Positions 23,149 to 36,484 of a stretch of 64,000 bases of DNA are shown piece by piece. Both the position numbers and the translations under genes were made by a program. Origin of the DNA: Raillietiella orientalis. Taxonomy: Eukaryota. How positions within the stretch are numbered: position 1 is the first letter of the stretch; each line of letters opens with the position of its first letter. The notes under the pieces were generated by a model. That model did not search any database and was not told the origin of the DNA. It worked only from the letters and a program-made list of their open reading frames with translations. The stretch spans positions 1-64,000 of the forward strand of contig JAYWIR010000054.1 of NCBI GenBank assembly GCA_036172245.1. The letters are read 5' to 3'.

Positions 23149-26088
23149 TCACACCCGGATGTGCCGGGGCATTTATTTCTTTGAAATAAAAATACATGAA
23201 ATGTCGCGTGGCGAACTCGAAGGTTCACCACTCCAAAACAGCTTGCTGGTTACCGGCTCCATGCCGAAGAGGTCCTTCCGATGCGCAGGTATGGGAAATA
23301 AAAAAAAACGAAAAGAAAGAAACAAAAAGCTCAAATGTGGGGGGGGAACAGATGTTGTAGGGGTGGGAGGGCGGGGAAGGGATCACGGTGCGCGTGGACA
23401 GGTCCTCTAGATCCTGTTCAGGATCCGCACAAGCTGAGTCCTTTCAGCGCCTAAGTGGCGCCACTTGCAGACACTGCGCGCGAAAAGGCGAGTCCAGTGT
23501 AAGGCGTTGACGGTTGGCTGACGCCTTCTTCTGGTGGCGTTCAAACCCGCCACTATTCCTCCGATGCAGCAGAGGACTGCTACACTAGCGGGCGGGGACA
23601 AGGCGTCACTACAGAAGAGGCGTCTTAAAAAGTCCTTTGGGCCGCATCCGCGCAAGTCCAGGATCGCCGCAAGGCGATCACATAAAGGGCGGATGGCAAC
23701 TGCACTCAAGGAGAAGGTGGGGGAATGTTTCTTTTGCGTCACACGGGTCACAATCAGGATCCACAGCCCCCCGGGTAATGTGATGCAGGCGTGCTTTGAA
23801 TGGTAATCCCCAGAGTACCACAAGCAACGCCACATTTTGCCAATTCAGGGGGAGAGATGCACTGTTCCAGGACGTCTGCTCTGGTCTGCTCCAGAGATAG
23901 TCCGAGTAGCTCACCCCAGCGTCGAATACCGTTGCGCGGGACACTCGGCGTCGCAGCGTCCGCTAGCTGCCGAGATGTCCACGCCTTTATCGAATGTGTC
24001 CTCCCGCCTTTAGTGCAGGACACGGTCCATTTCCCCTGCTCGCTACTGTCCCTGGCATTCACAAGGAAGGACAGCACTGGGGCGAGGGGGGTTATCAAGG
24101 CCCACAGAAGCTTGTCGTGGGACTGCACGATCTCCTGCAGCGTCCAACGGGCGTGCCTTTTCAGGCAAGTGTTCCCTGTGCCCGCCGGAACGTGGATCTT
24201 TTCCCAGGTGGAGACTGACTCGTGCAACCAGGCAGAGTAGTTCCCTGGGAGGCAGGAGATCCAGGCGTTCTCCGGAACCGCAACAAAGATGCGTCGCAGC
24301 ATAGAGCAACACTGTGCTCTTCTACAGACGCGCGCAGACGAAAACGACAAAAGTCCGCCGGATCCGCAGGCTCGTTGGGCCAGGAGGCGTGCTAGAACGC
24401 ACCAAGGCGTGTCCCACAATTCGGTTGCGAGGGCGAGAGTCATGAATTGGAGTTGCAGTCCCATGCGCTCCAGCGTAAGTACGCCAAGTCCACCGTCCTC
24501 ACGTGGAGCGCACAAGTCTTTGAGCCTCACACGGGACCTCCCTTTGCCCCAAAAAACTGTCCTCAGGAGGCCCGCTGCTCGTTTTCGCATGAAATAAGGG
24601 GCGAAGCAAACAAAAAGTAGAAGGCGAAGGAGGGAACCTCAAACGCGTTCCACCATGCGGCCCGTTCCTGCAAGTGGAACTTGCTTTCTTGGAACGGACC
24701 GTCGCCAACGCTGACTTTTGGAGACGGTCGGACCAGGCTTCTGCTGCGCAGAAGTCCCCTAATGGAACGCCAAGGTACTTCAAGCACATGCCCGTGGGGA
24801 TCCCCAAGCGCATCCAGTCCGACCGTCCAGCCCACGCCGAACCGACGAAGACCATGGACGACTTCGCCCTGTTTACCTCCAGGCCCGTCCCGCGGCGCAG
24901 AAACCCGAAGAAATCCTCGAGCGCAATCGCCTGGGTGGACCCGGGAAGCAGCAGCAGAAGATCGTCTGCATAGGCCGACACGGCAGGCGAGCCGGCACAC
25001 GAGCTCGGCAGGGTTGCCAGAGTTACCCTGTATGCCCTCAGCACCAACTCGAAGTAGATGCTGAAGAGCAGGGGGCTCAGGCTGTCACCCTGCCGGATGC
25101 AGCGGCGTACGGGCACGCCGTACACGTGCAGGCCGCTGAAACCAATATTGATTGACGCGATGCGCCAGCAGGAGCGCAGGTAGGACTGGAGCACGGCCGG
25201 GAAACCCATGCGTTCCAAGAGCTCCAAAGGGAGATCCGGGTCGACGCAGTCGAATGCTTTGTGCAAATCGACCGCGACGGCAAAGGCTCCCGCCGAGTCC
25301 ATCCCAACCTCTATCCGATCTTCTTGGTCAGAGGGGAGCGCGAGGCTTCCTTGACCATCCTGAGCAACGCGTTGTTGCAACTGCCACCATGAGCTGGCGA
25401 GGAGCACGTTGGCCTCCATCGTTCGTCCGGGAACAGCGTAGGTCTGCTCGCAAATAACCACGGAAGCGGCCACCAGCCCAAAACGCTCAGCCCACAACTT
25501 GGCTTACAACTTTGGGTCCGCATTCACTACTGTGATGGGACGCCAGTTGCCAATGTTACGTAAGTCTCCTGACTTCGGCAGGAGACGTACTTTTGCTGAC
25601 CGGAACGAGGAGGGAACTTCGCCGTGTTCGCGGATCAGCGCACTTAACCTAAGCACCAGGGGGGCCAGCTCTGGCGCGAAGCGATGGTAAAACTCCGCGG
25701 GCAGGCCGTCCTCCCCTGGTGCCTTCCTTTTCTTAAGCCTGTTGATGGCGGAGATGATCACCGCCATCGTGAACGGTTCCGCCAATCTGGAACGGTCCTC
25801 CTCCTTGAGCGCGAGAGCACCATCCGGCAGCAGGCGCTGCGCGAAATGAAGCTCAGTTGTTAGTGGCTCGTATAAGGAGGAATAAAACTCTTGCACTATG
25901 CGGCTTACCTGGGCTGGGCAGGAGCGTTCTTGGCCCTGATTGTCCAGCAAGCAGGCCGAGCCTGACTGCCAGGCCTGCCTCTCCGCCTCAGCCTTGAATT
26001 CAGCCAGGCGACGGACGTCGGGACGCCTGGAATAACGGCGGGCCTGAAGGTACGCCCGCTCGTTCCTGACACCCTCGCCGAATCCCCG
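23149..26088 (-). mobile_element. LINE family C, copy 2 (linker to 3' end, frameshifted)
   Basis: PGEDG, WRPITVVN, DLHKAFD and YADD. Inverted homolog of 37750-40690. Hairpin at 23149-23177. Confidence 0.92.
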
Positions 26089-28515
26089 TTGTGGAGAGCG
26101 GACGTGCTTTTCCTGCGCTCCGCCTGCGTGGCAAAGCGAGTGTTTTTTCTTCTTAATGATTTGTGCGTGCACATCGTCGGTGTCCGATGGCAGCCTTGCC
26201 AGAGTACACCGCGATGGAAGTAGGCGTGATGGAGGCTTGTTCGTCCCCACAGCCTACTGGATCAGGGGCATCCGCCCCGGAATCGTCCCCGGCGACGCCA
26301 AGGTCCTGGAGCGCCATGGTGGCCGCGCCTAGCGTGGAAGCCATGGCCGAGATGGAAGCCTACAAGAAAGCGTGGTATAAACCCTCGCTAGTCTACAAGG
26401 TAGGCAACCTTTTCGATGGGTGAACTGCACGCGCCTTTACGAAGGCGCTGCAGGACGCCAATATTTTTGAAAAAGATCTCGACGGCCTCTGCGTCCTCAG
26501 CGGCGGGCAGCGGGTCGAGGTGGTATGCAAGGATATCACCTTGGCCCGACACCTGATCACCGACCCGGTGATCGTTGATGGTCGGAAGTTCTTGCCGATA
26601 ACGATGGACCGCTCGGTGGTGGTCCATCTCACTGGGATCTCAAGTCGCATGACGAGGTCAGCGGTTCGAGAACAGCTTCAAAAGCACGGAGAAGTGCACG
26701 CGTTGTGGCCGAAGTCCACGATTTTCCAAGGCTACAATAGCCTTTTCGGAGGTCAAGCAGCGGCGCGTATCACGGTAAAAGAGAGTGGTGCGCTTCCCCA
26801 TAAGCTGGAGGTCTGCCAAGAAGCGGTGGACCTCTGGTACGTGGGAAAACGCCAATTTTGTGGCTAATGCAATGCAGTAGGGCATCTACGAAAGAGGTGC
26901 CCGAACATTGTGTGCCACCTATGCGGCCAAAAGGGTCACGTTCGGCGCGTGTGCCCCAGGCGCCCCACCCCGGTGCCCCCTGCCGCCAAAAAGGCGCAGG
27001 GAAAACGTGGAAAGCTGGTAGAAAGACCAGCTCGCGAAAATGGCCGTTCCCAATAGCCAGCCTCTCTTCCTCCCGTACAGACGTCGGAGCAAATAGCTCC
27101 CGTGGACGCGGGAATGGAGAAGGGTTGGCAGCTCGTTCAGGCCAGAAAAGAGAAAAAAAAGAAAGTGATGATAGAAGAAAATTCGGAGAAGAAAACTGCC
27201 GGCAACAAGAAAAAAGCCGCGCCGCTTTCGAAAAAAAAACTCCGCGAATGCTCGGTGGCACTGGAACGCTTAGCCGTTCCTGCCGAGTCCGCCCGCGGCA
27301 ATGTTCGCGGAACAGCTGAAGCGGACGCGATGAATACTCGCGCGGACGAGCCCATTCTACGTGTAGAGGGTGAGACGCGAGACTCGCGCGCCGACAGCCA
27401 GGACGCCGCCCTCGATAAAATCGCGGAGGAGCCCGCGGCAACGTTCGCCGTCAACGATGACGCCGCGCTCGATGAGGTCGCGGAGCAGCCCGCGGCAACG
27501 GTCGCCGCTGGCGAAGACGCGGCCTTCGAGAAAGCGGCGGAGGAGCTCGCAGCAACGCTCGCCGAGCGCGAAACCCCGTCGCGCAAGGGCGTACGCAGGT
27601 CGGCTCCGACGAAGAAGGCCTCCACAGGTGAGTGCGACCTAAGGGCCGGAAGCGGATCCTCCTCCTCGGAGGCACCCCCCAGGAAGTCGGGACGCAAGTC
27701 CCAGAAACCCAGGAGGCGCCTCCCCTCCACCAGCGAGGAGTAGAAACCGGAAGGAAGCGGCAGCGTGGGAATACCCACGCCCGGAAGCCGACGAGTCGGC
27801 CACCCCCATGGAGGAGGGAGAGCAGGGGGGTGAAGTCCTCCCTGCAGTCGCGAAACCTGAGCAGCCCGAACCCATGGAGCAAGGCGAACAGGTAGGCGCG
27901 ACTCCACCTGCGGGTGATCCGGCCGACGCGCCGGCAACGATGGAGGAGGAGGAAAAGGTGTCTTCAGTACCTGTCCCCCCTCCCCCTCCACCTAGCGTCC
28001 CGCCCCAGCAGGTGGCGGACGCCGCATCGCCGTTTTCCCTGGACTAACACCTGGGCTCGCCAGTCGCCGTCGGATTCGCGCGGCCTGTTGGAACGTGAAC
28101 GGGCTGCGCGTCGACGGCAACAGGCGAGATACAGCCGACACCCTGCGTGAGCTCGACCTGGCGCTGCTGCAAGAGATCCACGTGATCACCGCGACAGACG
28201 CCCAGGAAATCGAGACGATCGCGGGGGGTCGGCTGTATTGGCGATGCGGCCTCCGCAACACTTGCGGGGTCGCGTTCTTCGTGAAGCCGGCCATCGACGC
28301 TGCCGTAAAGGGCGTGCGGTTTGATGACGACGGTCGGATCGGTCAGCTGATTCTCAGCTGGTCCGACTCGATCGACCTATTCGTCACAAACGTGTATGGC
28401 CCCAGCGGCAAACAGGGGAACCGCGACCGCACCAGGCTGCTGGAAACCCTGAAGCGCGACTGGCTGGCGGAGACCAATGTGTGAAAGGCTCACCTGATAG
28501 CGGGAGATTTCAATC
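26089..28515 (+). mobile_element. LINE family B2, copy 2 (5' end, ORF1, endonuclease up to GDFN)
   Basis: 5' motif at 26098. ORF1 pieces 26163-28047. WNVNGL..NVYGP..HLIAGDFN. Resumes at 34422 after the H-1 insertion. Confidence 0.92.
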
Positions 28516-28689
28516 GAGTGCGGACGTGTTTTTCTTCGCTCTCGTCTCCGTGCTTTCATCCGCTTCATCTTGGCGTCGTACATTTTGACGACGATGTCGA
28601 CCCAACTTGAAGCTACTGAAGTTTGAGGAACAGCATCCGGATCTGCAATCGCGGAACCGACGGCCGCCTCCACTTCGTCTTTCTCGCCA

Positions 28690-30516
28690 ATGGAGAGGAG
28701 TTTTGCTGACGTTGCTGCCACAGCAGCCGTCAAAGGGAAACCACTCGACGAGTCGGAGTTGCGGGCATACGTAGCCCAAGGCTATAGACCTGCTCTCCGA
28801 TATGAGGTGAGTGGTTTTCTTTCTGCGCGCGACGGGAATCAGTTCAACGATGAACTGACCCGTGTTGGCGTGCGGGAGGAGGACCTTCTCGCCATTATGC
28901 CCGTAAAAGACATGGGCTATTTCAAGGTGCGTTGCAAAGACGCTGCACTTGTGCAACGCTTGCTGCGCACCCCGTTGTCGATCCGTGGCCAGAAGGTCTT
29001 CCCGGCCGCCATGGACGACTCATTTGTGGTGAAGATTTTCGACATCGAGTCGGAAATCTCCGATACTGATATTCGGAACGCGTTGGCGGAATTCGCCACG
29101 GTCCATGCGCTGTGGAGGGTGCGTAGCAACCTCAAGGACTTCCCGTCCATACACAGCGGAGTCGCTGGAGTCCGGCTTACAATGCCGGACCGCCGTCTGC
29201 TGCCCACCAAACTACAGGTAAAAGACACGGTCGTTCACCTGTGGTTCGTGAGCAAAGTAAAAACGTGCGAGCAATGCGGGAAGGAGGGGCATTGTTTGGA
29301 TAAATGCCCCTCTGGAAAATGCCGTTATTGCAAACTATCCGGGCACCAATTGAAAAATTGCCCGGATCTTTTGCGAAAAAAGGCAGCCGCGGAGCTCCAT
29401 CCTAGAAAACAGAGCGCGGATAAAAAGAAAAAATCTGCGAAAAACCTGGAGACCCCACGGCAGAAATTCGGTAAAAACGCGAGGCGGAATGTCGCCCCAA
29501 AGCAGCAGGAAACCTCGCACGCGAAGCCCTGCGCGCCCCCTCTCGCGGCAGGGGAGCTGCAAAAGAAAGGGTGCGGGGAATCCGGGGCAATGGTGAATCC
29601 CCCTAGGCGCAATACCTGTCCTAACCTAGCACGCCCGGCTCTCTCGGAGTTCGAGCAGCCGGCGGGGACGCCAATGGACAACGGCGGTAAGGACACTTCC
29701 AGTACCGTCAAATCCATTCCTTCACCTCCTGCAGTGGCTGAGAAGCCCAAATCGGGTAAGAAGGGTTGTGCCGTGTCGACTTCGAAAGTCGGCAAAAAAA
29801 AATCCACGTCGCGATCCAACACCGCGAAAGCGGAGAAAAATCTCACGCCGTCGCAGTCGGAGAGCAAGCTCTCGACTGGCGCGGATGCCATGCCAACGAA
29901 GGGATTAAAAGCCCTTCCGAAAGCAGCGTCCATGACGAGCGTGTCGGAGCCATCGAAAGTGGTCCCGTCCAAAGACGCGGATGGCTTCAAAGATGGCAAT
30001 GGAGCACAATCTCTATTTACGGCGCCACGCGAAGTGAGGAACCGTAATGAAGTAAAGAAGACTTCAGCAAAGGTCCCTCGTGCAGCTGCGCGTGAGCACG
30101 CTGAAAACGCGCGCGCCGGGAAAGCAGCCGTCACCAAAAGCGATGCTCTGGTGACGGAAAACGAAAACAGGACAGCTGTGAATCCAGCAGAACCTGTCAC
30201 TGCTTTGCGGAAGGCCGAAACCCGATCGAACATGCGCCGGTCGGACTCCGAAATGGATGCCGTTCCGATCACCGAGACGAGGACAACTCGTTCGAAAGCG
30301 TGGGCGCGCCGATCAAAAGTAGGCAGCCAGGCAACGCTCGCCGCGAAGCAACGCGAAGTCTCCACGAAACCCGACGGGGTTCAGCCTGGCGTGGAGGCAT
30401 TACATGCATGCAGCACGACAGAGGACGGTGGCGACCGTCCCCTCCAGCCAGTCGTGCTGCTCGCCGTCTGCTCGCCGGATAAAGCGAGCAAAAAGCTGCC
30501 ACCTTCCCAGCAGTAA
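28690..30516 (+). CDS. LINE ORF1 gag-like protein (family H)
   Basis: 608-aa ORF with CEQCGKEGHCLDKC and CRYCKLSGHQLKNC. Ends in a TAATG overlap with ORF2. The true start may lie slightly upstream. Confidence 0.87.
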   Translation: MERSFADVAATAAVKGKPLDESELRAYVAQGYRPALRYEVSGFLSARDGNQFNDELTRVGVREEDLLAIMPVKDMGYFKVRCKDAALVQRLLRTPLSIRGQKVFPAAMDDSFVVKIFDIESEISDTDIRNALAEFATVHALWRVRSNLKDFPSIHSGVAGVRLTMPDRRLLPTKLQVKDTVVHLWFVSKVKTCEQCGKEGHCLDKCPSGKCRYCKLSGHQLKNCPDLLRKKAAAELHPRKQSADKKKKSAKNLETPRQKFGKNARRNVAPKQQETSHAKPCAPPLAAGELQKKGCGESGAMVNPPRRNTCPNLARPALSEFEQPAGTPMDNGGKDTSSTVKSIPSPPAVAEKPKSGKKGCAVSTSKVGKKKSTSRSNTAKAEKNLTPSQSESKLSTGADAMPTKGLKALPKAASMTSVSEPSKVVPSKDADGFKDGNGAQSLFTAPREVRNRNEVKKTSAKVPRAAAREHAENARAGKAAVTKSDALVTENENRTAVNPAEPVTALRKAETRSNMRRSDSEMDAVPITETRTTRSKAWARRSKVGSQATLAAKQREVSTKPDGVQPGVEALHACSTTEDGGDRPLQPVVLLAVCSPDKASKKLPPSQQ

Positions 30517-33500
30517 TGCGGGGAATCGCGTCTTCTCGTCGTCTGTCCGTAACGTGTTGGAACGTGAACGGACTGCAGAACGATGAGAAGAGGCGATTAG
30601 TAGCCAACGCCCTGCGCCCCTTCGACCTCGCGCTGCTGCAGGAGATTCACGTAATCTCCGACGAGCAGGCAGCCGAAATCGAGGATCGCGCAGGCGGAAC
30701 GCTACATTGGCGGTGCAGCGGCGCACACACGTGCGGCGTCGCGTTCCTCGTAAGAGGAAAAATGGCGGAAGCGGTGCGTAGTGTTCGTTTCGATGACAAC
30801 GGACGGATAGGCCAGCTTGTCATCAAGTGGTCCGAGTCCATCGATCTCGTCGTTACGAACGTCTACGCGCCGAGTGGCTCTCGCTACCTCGAAGAAAGAG
30901 TAGCTTTCTTTGGTGAGGTGCAGAGCCAGTGGCTCAACAACTCCGGCTTCCAAGTGGCGCACCTCGTCGCTGGGGACTTCAACGTCCGCCTGCTCTCCGA
31001 CGATTGGAGCCGCCCGAGGTTGCGCGCGCTGCCCATCGAGATGTGCGCGTCCGTGCACGCCGCCAACTTGATGGTCAGCGAACCTGGAATGGAAAGATCG
31101 CTCGATCACGTTTTCCTCGATGAAAACCTGCATTCGCGAGTGGGTAGGAGAGGAAGATTGTTGACTGAGCTTTCTGACCACCACAGGTTAGAGTTTGAGA
31201 TCCTTCCGCCAGGCAGGGGGCCTCCGTTGCAAAGCTGGAGGATGCAGGCGGATTGGCTTAGCCAACCGGAGGCTGCGGAGCATCTACGTGGATACCTCCG
31301 GGGCTTTGCCATTCAAGAACTTGCGGACTGGGACGATCTCAAAAGATCTGTCCGCGAGTTCTGCTGCCAATTCCCCTTGCACCGGCTTCCACGCGGTTTC
31401 GGAGAGGGCGTGGCCAACAGTAGAGACTTTCTGCAGGCCCGCACGTTTTCGAGACGCGCGGATGTCTAGCGTCTCGGAGAGTACAAGGCGAGGGCCGAGC
31501 GCCAGGTCTGGCAGTCCGGAGCAGCATGCCTGTTGGACGACAAGGGCCAGGAATGTTCGGCCCCAGCCGAAGTACGCCGCATTGTGAGACGCTACTACTC
31601 CTCGCTGTACTCGGAATCCCCGACGGAGGATATTCATTCTGAGATACTCCTGTCTCAGGATGCTCGTGTTGTCGGCGAGGAGGAACGCGAACGTCTCGAC
31701 GAGCCCTTCACGGCGGATGAATTTTCGTCCGCCATCGCTGGGCTGAAGAGACGAAAGGCGCCAGGCGAGGATGGGCTGCCTGCAGAGTTTTATCAGTGCT
31801 TTGCAGTGGAGCTCATTCCCTTGATGCTTAAACTCGCGACGCTGATGAGTGAATCCGGGAATGTCCCTGATTCCTTCCGCTCAGCGAAGGTGCGTCTCCT
31901 GCCGAAAGGCGGAGACTTGCGACAACTTAACAACTGGCGTCCGATCACCTTGGTGAACTCGGACGTCAAGTTGTTTTCCAAGCTGTGGGTCGCGCGGTTA
32001 GGAAGAATCGCGGAATCTGTGGTGAGCCCGCAACAAACCTACGCGGTTCCGGGACGATCCATGGAGGCGAACACCCTTTTCGCGCGTACATGGATGCAGC
32101 TGCAGGAAGTTGTGGCGCAGCAAAGCCAGGCTGCTGCGAAAGTCACTGCCGCAGGCAAAAAGAACAGGCGCCGACGGCAGGAGGGAACGCCAGGTGCCTT
32201 GGCGGTCGCGGTCGATCTCCACAAGGCGTTCGACTGCGTAAACCAGAAGCTCCTTTTGGAGCTTATGGAACGCCTTGGGTTCCCGGCGCAACTCCTGCTG
32301 TATTTGCGCGCGTGCTGGCGCCACGCGCTAACCTGCATCACTTTTAGCGGCTGCCGCGTGTATGGTATTCCCGTTCGTAGGGGCATCCGACAGGGCGACA
32401 GCTTAAGCCCGTTGCTCTTCAGCATCTTCTTTGAGTTGGTGCTAAGAGCATACAGGCTGACGCTGTCTCACTTGCCAAGCTCCTGCCCGGGAACGCCTGC
32501 CGTGGCCGCCTACGCTGATGACCTGCTTCTTCTGCTCCTCATGTCCACCCCGGCGTCCAGTGTCGAGGATTTCTTCGACCTGATTCGTCGGGGAGCGGGC
32601 GTGAGCGTGAACAGAGAGAAGAGCGTGGTCGTTCCTGTGGGTATGTCGTGGGAGGGGCAGTCCGACTGGATCCGCCTGGGGATCCCCACGGGCGGGTACT
32701 TTAAGTACCTTGGCGTTCCGTTGGGCGCTTTCGGCGCAGCCGAAGCGTGGGCGGACTGTCTTCAGAAAGCAGAGTTGGCCATCAGCCCGTTCTTTAACGG
32801 CAAGTTTACCTTGCAGGAACGGGCGACTATTTGGAACACCTTTGTGGCCCCCTCCTCCGTCCCCTGTTTTTTGTTTTGGACCCCCCCTATGCGGCAAAAC
32901 AGCGGGCTAAGCGCCTGCTCAGGAACGCTCTCTGGGGTCCGGCGAGATCCAGGATCCGCCTTAAAGATTTGTCAGCTCCGCGTCGGGATGCTGGTTTGGG
33001 TATCCTGACAATGGAGCGAATCGGACTGCAGGTGCAGTTCCGACTGCTGGCACTGTGTGCCCAGCTATGGACATCCCCCCTGTGTGTGCCAGCTCGCATT
33101 ATCCTGCGGAGATGCGCCGGCAGCGGAGGATTTCTCTCGCTTTTGCCGGGCACTCAATACAGGAAGCGGGGTTTCGGGTTTCCATTGCGGCAGTTGACCG
33201 CACTTCTGGAAGCACACTCTGGGATCTCCTGCCGCCCAATGAACTTTGAAGCTTGGCGGCAGGAGTCTGTTGAATCCTGGGCGGCGTTCCAAGGAATACG
33301 CCCTGAAGATCTTCGCCCCCTGCGCCAATTTTTTCCACGATCCTTGGAAGAAGTACTGCAGGACGAGGTGAAGTTTTCTACCATGGTTGCCACGCCTCTT
33401 GCCGCAGCGCTGTCTGCCCTCAGGGCAAGAAAGGACAGTTACCAACCGGCGAGGTGGGAGGTTTCCTGCACGATAGCGGGAAGAACCAAACTCCTTGGCA

Positions 33501-34108
33501 CCTGGAAGACTAGTGAGTTGGCGGACGCCGCCACTCCTCGTGTTACTGCAAAGGGACTCCTCCGGTGGGCAGAAGAACTTGCTGTCATCCCCGAAGAACT
33601 TGTAGTCCCTCCACAGTGTATGGACAGTTCGCTGCTCCCCCTTGCTTGGAAACAAGCCGTGCTGCTTTTCGTTCACTGGGGTTTTCAGTGCAACGAGCGT
33701 TGGCATCGTGACTCCGGGGGACTTGCGTCTGCGAACTGCGTTCGGTGCGGATCGACGGAGTCGATTCCGCACCTACTTCTGGACTGCGGTGTCCTACAAG
33801 GACTGTGGCGTAGGCTGGCAACAGCACTAATGCTTCCCGTGGACACCGCAAGAGACTTGCTGCGGCGATTCTTCGCGCCAAGCGGGCTATCTACAAGCGC
33901 AAGGATTGCAACCATCGGTTGCATACGCGCGATAGCTTCCGTCCGCCAGGCGTTGGTAATCAACAAACAGCACCAAGAGGTAATCAGCAAAGCATCCTTC
34001 TACATGGGAGCATCCGCTAGATGGCCTCATTTGACAGAGGAGACAAAGAGGAATCTCGCCGCAATACACCGCCGGTTTACACACCCTCATCAGCGGCCAA
34101 CCCGGTGA
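30516..34108 (+). pseudogene. ORF2 of H-1 (stop at 31467-31469, frameshift near 32855)
   Basis: WNVNG, GDFN, SDH, PGEDG, DLHKAFD, YADD and CVRCGSTESIPHLLLDC. Confidence 0.92.
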
Positions 34109-34421
34109 TCATTGCCCTACCCTCCATAAACTAAAATTGTATTTTCTTTTTACACCCGCGTCCCCATAGGCTCCGGAACATTTTAGGTGCTCATCGTATA
34201 AATCCCCGTGAGTACGGAGCCTAACCAAAAACCCGTTACCCTTCCCTCCAGTTTTTGATTTTTGTTTGTTTCCCCTCATTCCCCCCACGCTGCGAGCGGT
34301 TTGTTTACCAGGCCTGCGTGCCGGTAATTTTTCTGTGTTCTCTGTCGTTCTATTGGTTGGGGACATTGTCCCTGACCAGTTTATTATTATTAATAAACGC
34401 CCCGGCGTGACCGGGTGATAA

Positions 34422-36480
34422 ATTTCAATCTCCGCCTGCTAACAGGTGAGCCGGAAACACAAGTGAACGCGATGAACGAGTTGTGCGCCGCCATGCGTGC
34501 GCGAAACTTGTTCGCGGGTGAGAAAGGAATGGTCCGCAGCATCGACCACGTCTTCCTGGACGCTGACCTGTGTTCACGCATCTGCAAACGGGGGAGGGTT
34601 GTGTCGACGTTGTGGGACCATTCCCCGCTAATTATCGAGATGCGGCCTCGCGACAAAGGACCGCCATCCAGGGATTGGCGTCTGCCGGGGGACTGGACGC
34701 GACTCTCAAGTGCGAAGGAACACCTACGCGAATACCTGAGAGGCGTCACGCTCCCGAATCTCCAGGACTGGGACCTTTTTAAAGAATCGGTCCGCGAGTT
34801 CTGTGAGCAGTTCCCCCTGGATCGCCTGCCCCCCGGATTCGGCGAGGGTGCTCGCAACCATCGGGCCTATTTACAGGCTCGTAGGTACGAGAGAACCCCT
34901 AATGTCCGTCGCCTGGCCAAGTACCGCGCCGGGGCCGAACGCTTAGCCTGGCAATCCGGGTCGGCCAGCTTGCTGGACGACCAGGGCCGGGAATGTTCGT
35001 CCCCGGCGTCGGTACGGCATCTCGTGCGGAGTTTTTATTCCTCCCTTTACGCCAGGGAGCCCCCGGATCGAAACGCCTCTCGACGCTTGCTTCCGGATGG
35101 CACCCCGGCAATAGGGGAGGAGGAGATGGAAACCCTCGACGAGCCTTTTACCACCGGCGAAATTCTCGCCGGTATCAAAAGGCTCAAGAGGCGTAAAGCT
35201 CCAGGGGAAGACGGCTTGCCTGCGGAGTTCTTTCAGAGCTTCGCGGAAGAGCTGGCACCCCTGCTGCTTAAGTTGATCTGGCTGATCCGAGACGAAGGCG
35301 ATGTTCCCGCCTCGTTTCGGTCAGCCAGAGTGAGGCTCCTTCCGAAAGGGGGAGACCTCAGGAATTTAAAGAACTGGTGTCCGATCACAATCGTGAATAC
35401 GGACGCCAAGTCGATAGCAGGGCTATGGGCTTCGCGTCTGGGGCAGGTGGCAGAATCCGTAATTAGCCCGGAGGAGACGTATGCTGTTCCCGGGCGAAGT
35501 ATGGATGCCAACCTCTTCTTCGCAAGCACATGGGTGCACCTGCAGAGAAGAGAGAAGAAAGGGATAGGGAAAGTCGGCAACCCCACATTGGGGCCGCCAG
35601 CCAGGCTGAGAAGGGACCCCGGGCAGGAAAGGGGGCCCTAGCGCTCGCAGTCGATCTCCACAAGGCGTTCGACTGTGTAGACCAGGAACTCCTCTTGGAG
35701 CTCCTGGGTCGCATGGGCTTCCCACCCTCCCTGATTTCCTACCTGCGCTCTTGCTGGCGGAATGCGATGATTACCGTCTGTTTCAGTGGACAGAAGGTGT
35801 ATGGCGTGCCGGTGCGGCGGGGCAAAAGGCAGGGCGATAGCCTCAGCCCCCTGCTCTTTAGCACCTACTTTGAGTTGGTGCTGAGAGCGTACAGGGTTAC
35901 TTTGGCCCCATTGCAGAGCTCGTGCCCCGGCACGCCCGCCGTAGCAGCGTACGCCGACGATCTTCTGCTCTTGTTGCCAATGTCCACCCCGGCAAAGGCG
36001 GTCGCAGACTTCTTCGATCTGCTCAGCCGCGGGACCGGACTGCAGGTTAACAGGGCGAAGTCGTCGGTTGTGCCAAGAGGTGCGGCGTGGGCAGGGCAGC
36101 AGGACTGGGTCCGTCTGGGGATCCCCACGGCGAGGTGCTCCAAGTACCTTGGTGTGCCGTTGGGGGACTACTCCCCTGCGGAAGCGTGGTCCAGCTGCCT
36201 CCAAAAGTCGAGACGGCGATCGGCCCGTTCCTGGAAGGCAAGTTTCACTTGCCGGAACGGGCCGCGGTTTGGAACGCCTTCGCGGCCCCCATCCTCCGCC
36301 CTTTGCTTTTTGTTTGCCCTCCCACTGTGGAATCCAAGAAGAGGACGAAGGACCTCCTCCGTATCGCCCTTTGGGGCAAGGGGAGGCCCCGAGTCCCACT
36401 GAAGGACTTGTGCGCTCCGCGTCGGGACAGCGGTCTTGGCCTCCTGACGCTGGAGCGCGTGGAGAAGCAGCTGCGGTGGC
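34422..36480 (+). mobile_element. Continuation of B2-2 ORF2 (from FN to post-RT)
   Basis: Resumes at FNLRLL immediately after the TSD. RT motifs in ORFs 34415-35641 and 35530-36402. Confidence 0.88.
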
Positions 36481-36484
36481 GAAC

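Larger units (their letters stand above)
28516..34421 (+). mobile_element. Full-length LINE family H, copy 1, with 9-bp TSD
   Basis: atttcaatc at 28507-28515 and 34422-34430. 5' motif at 28520 and 3' hairpin at 34392-34421. Confidence 0.95.

Noticed and set aside
25490..25525. Apparent short duplication (caactt...caactt) as an insertion scar
   Set aside because: It corresponds to the normal DAKLYAKLW coding sequence seen intact at 38314-38340.
29325..30365. Long antisense ORFs (also 13752-14684, 21895-22941, 6098-7012, 36808-37566)
   Set aside because: They are shadows of GC-rich LINE ORF1/ORF2 on the opposite strand, with no independent motifs.
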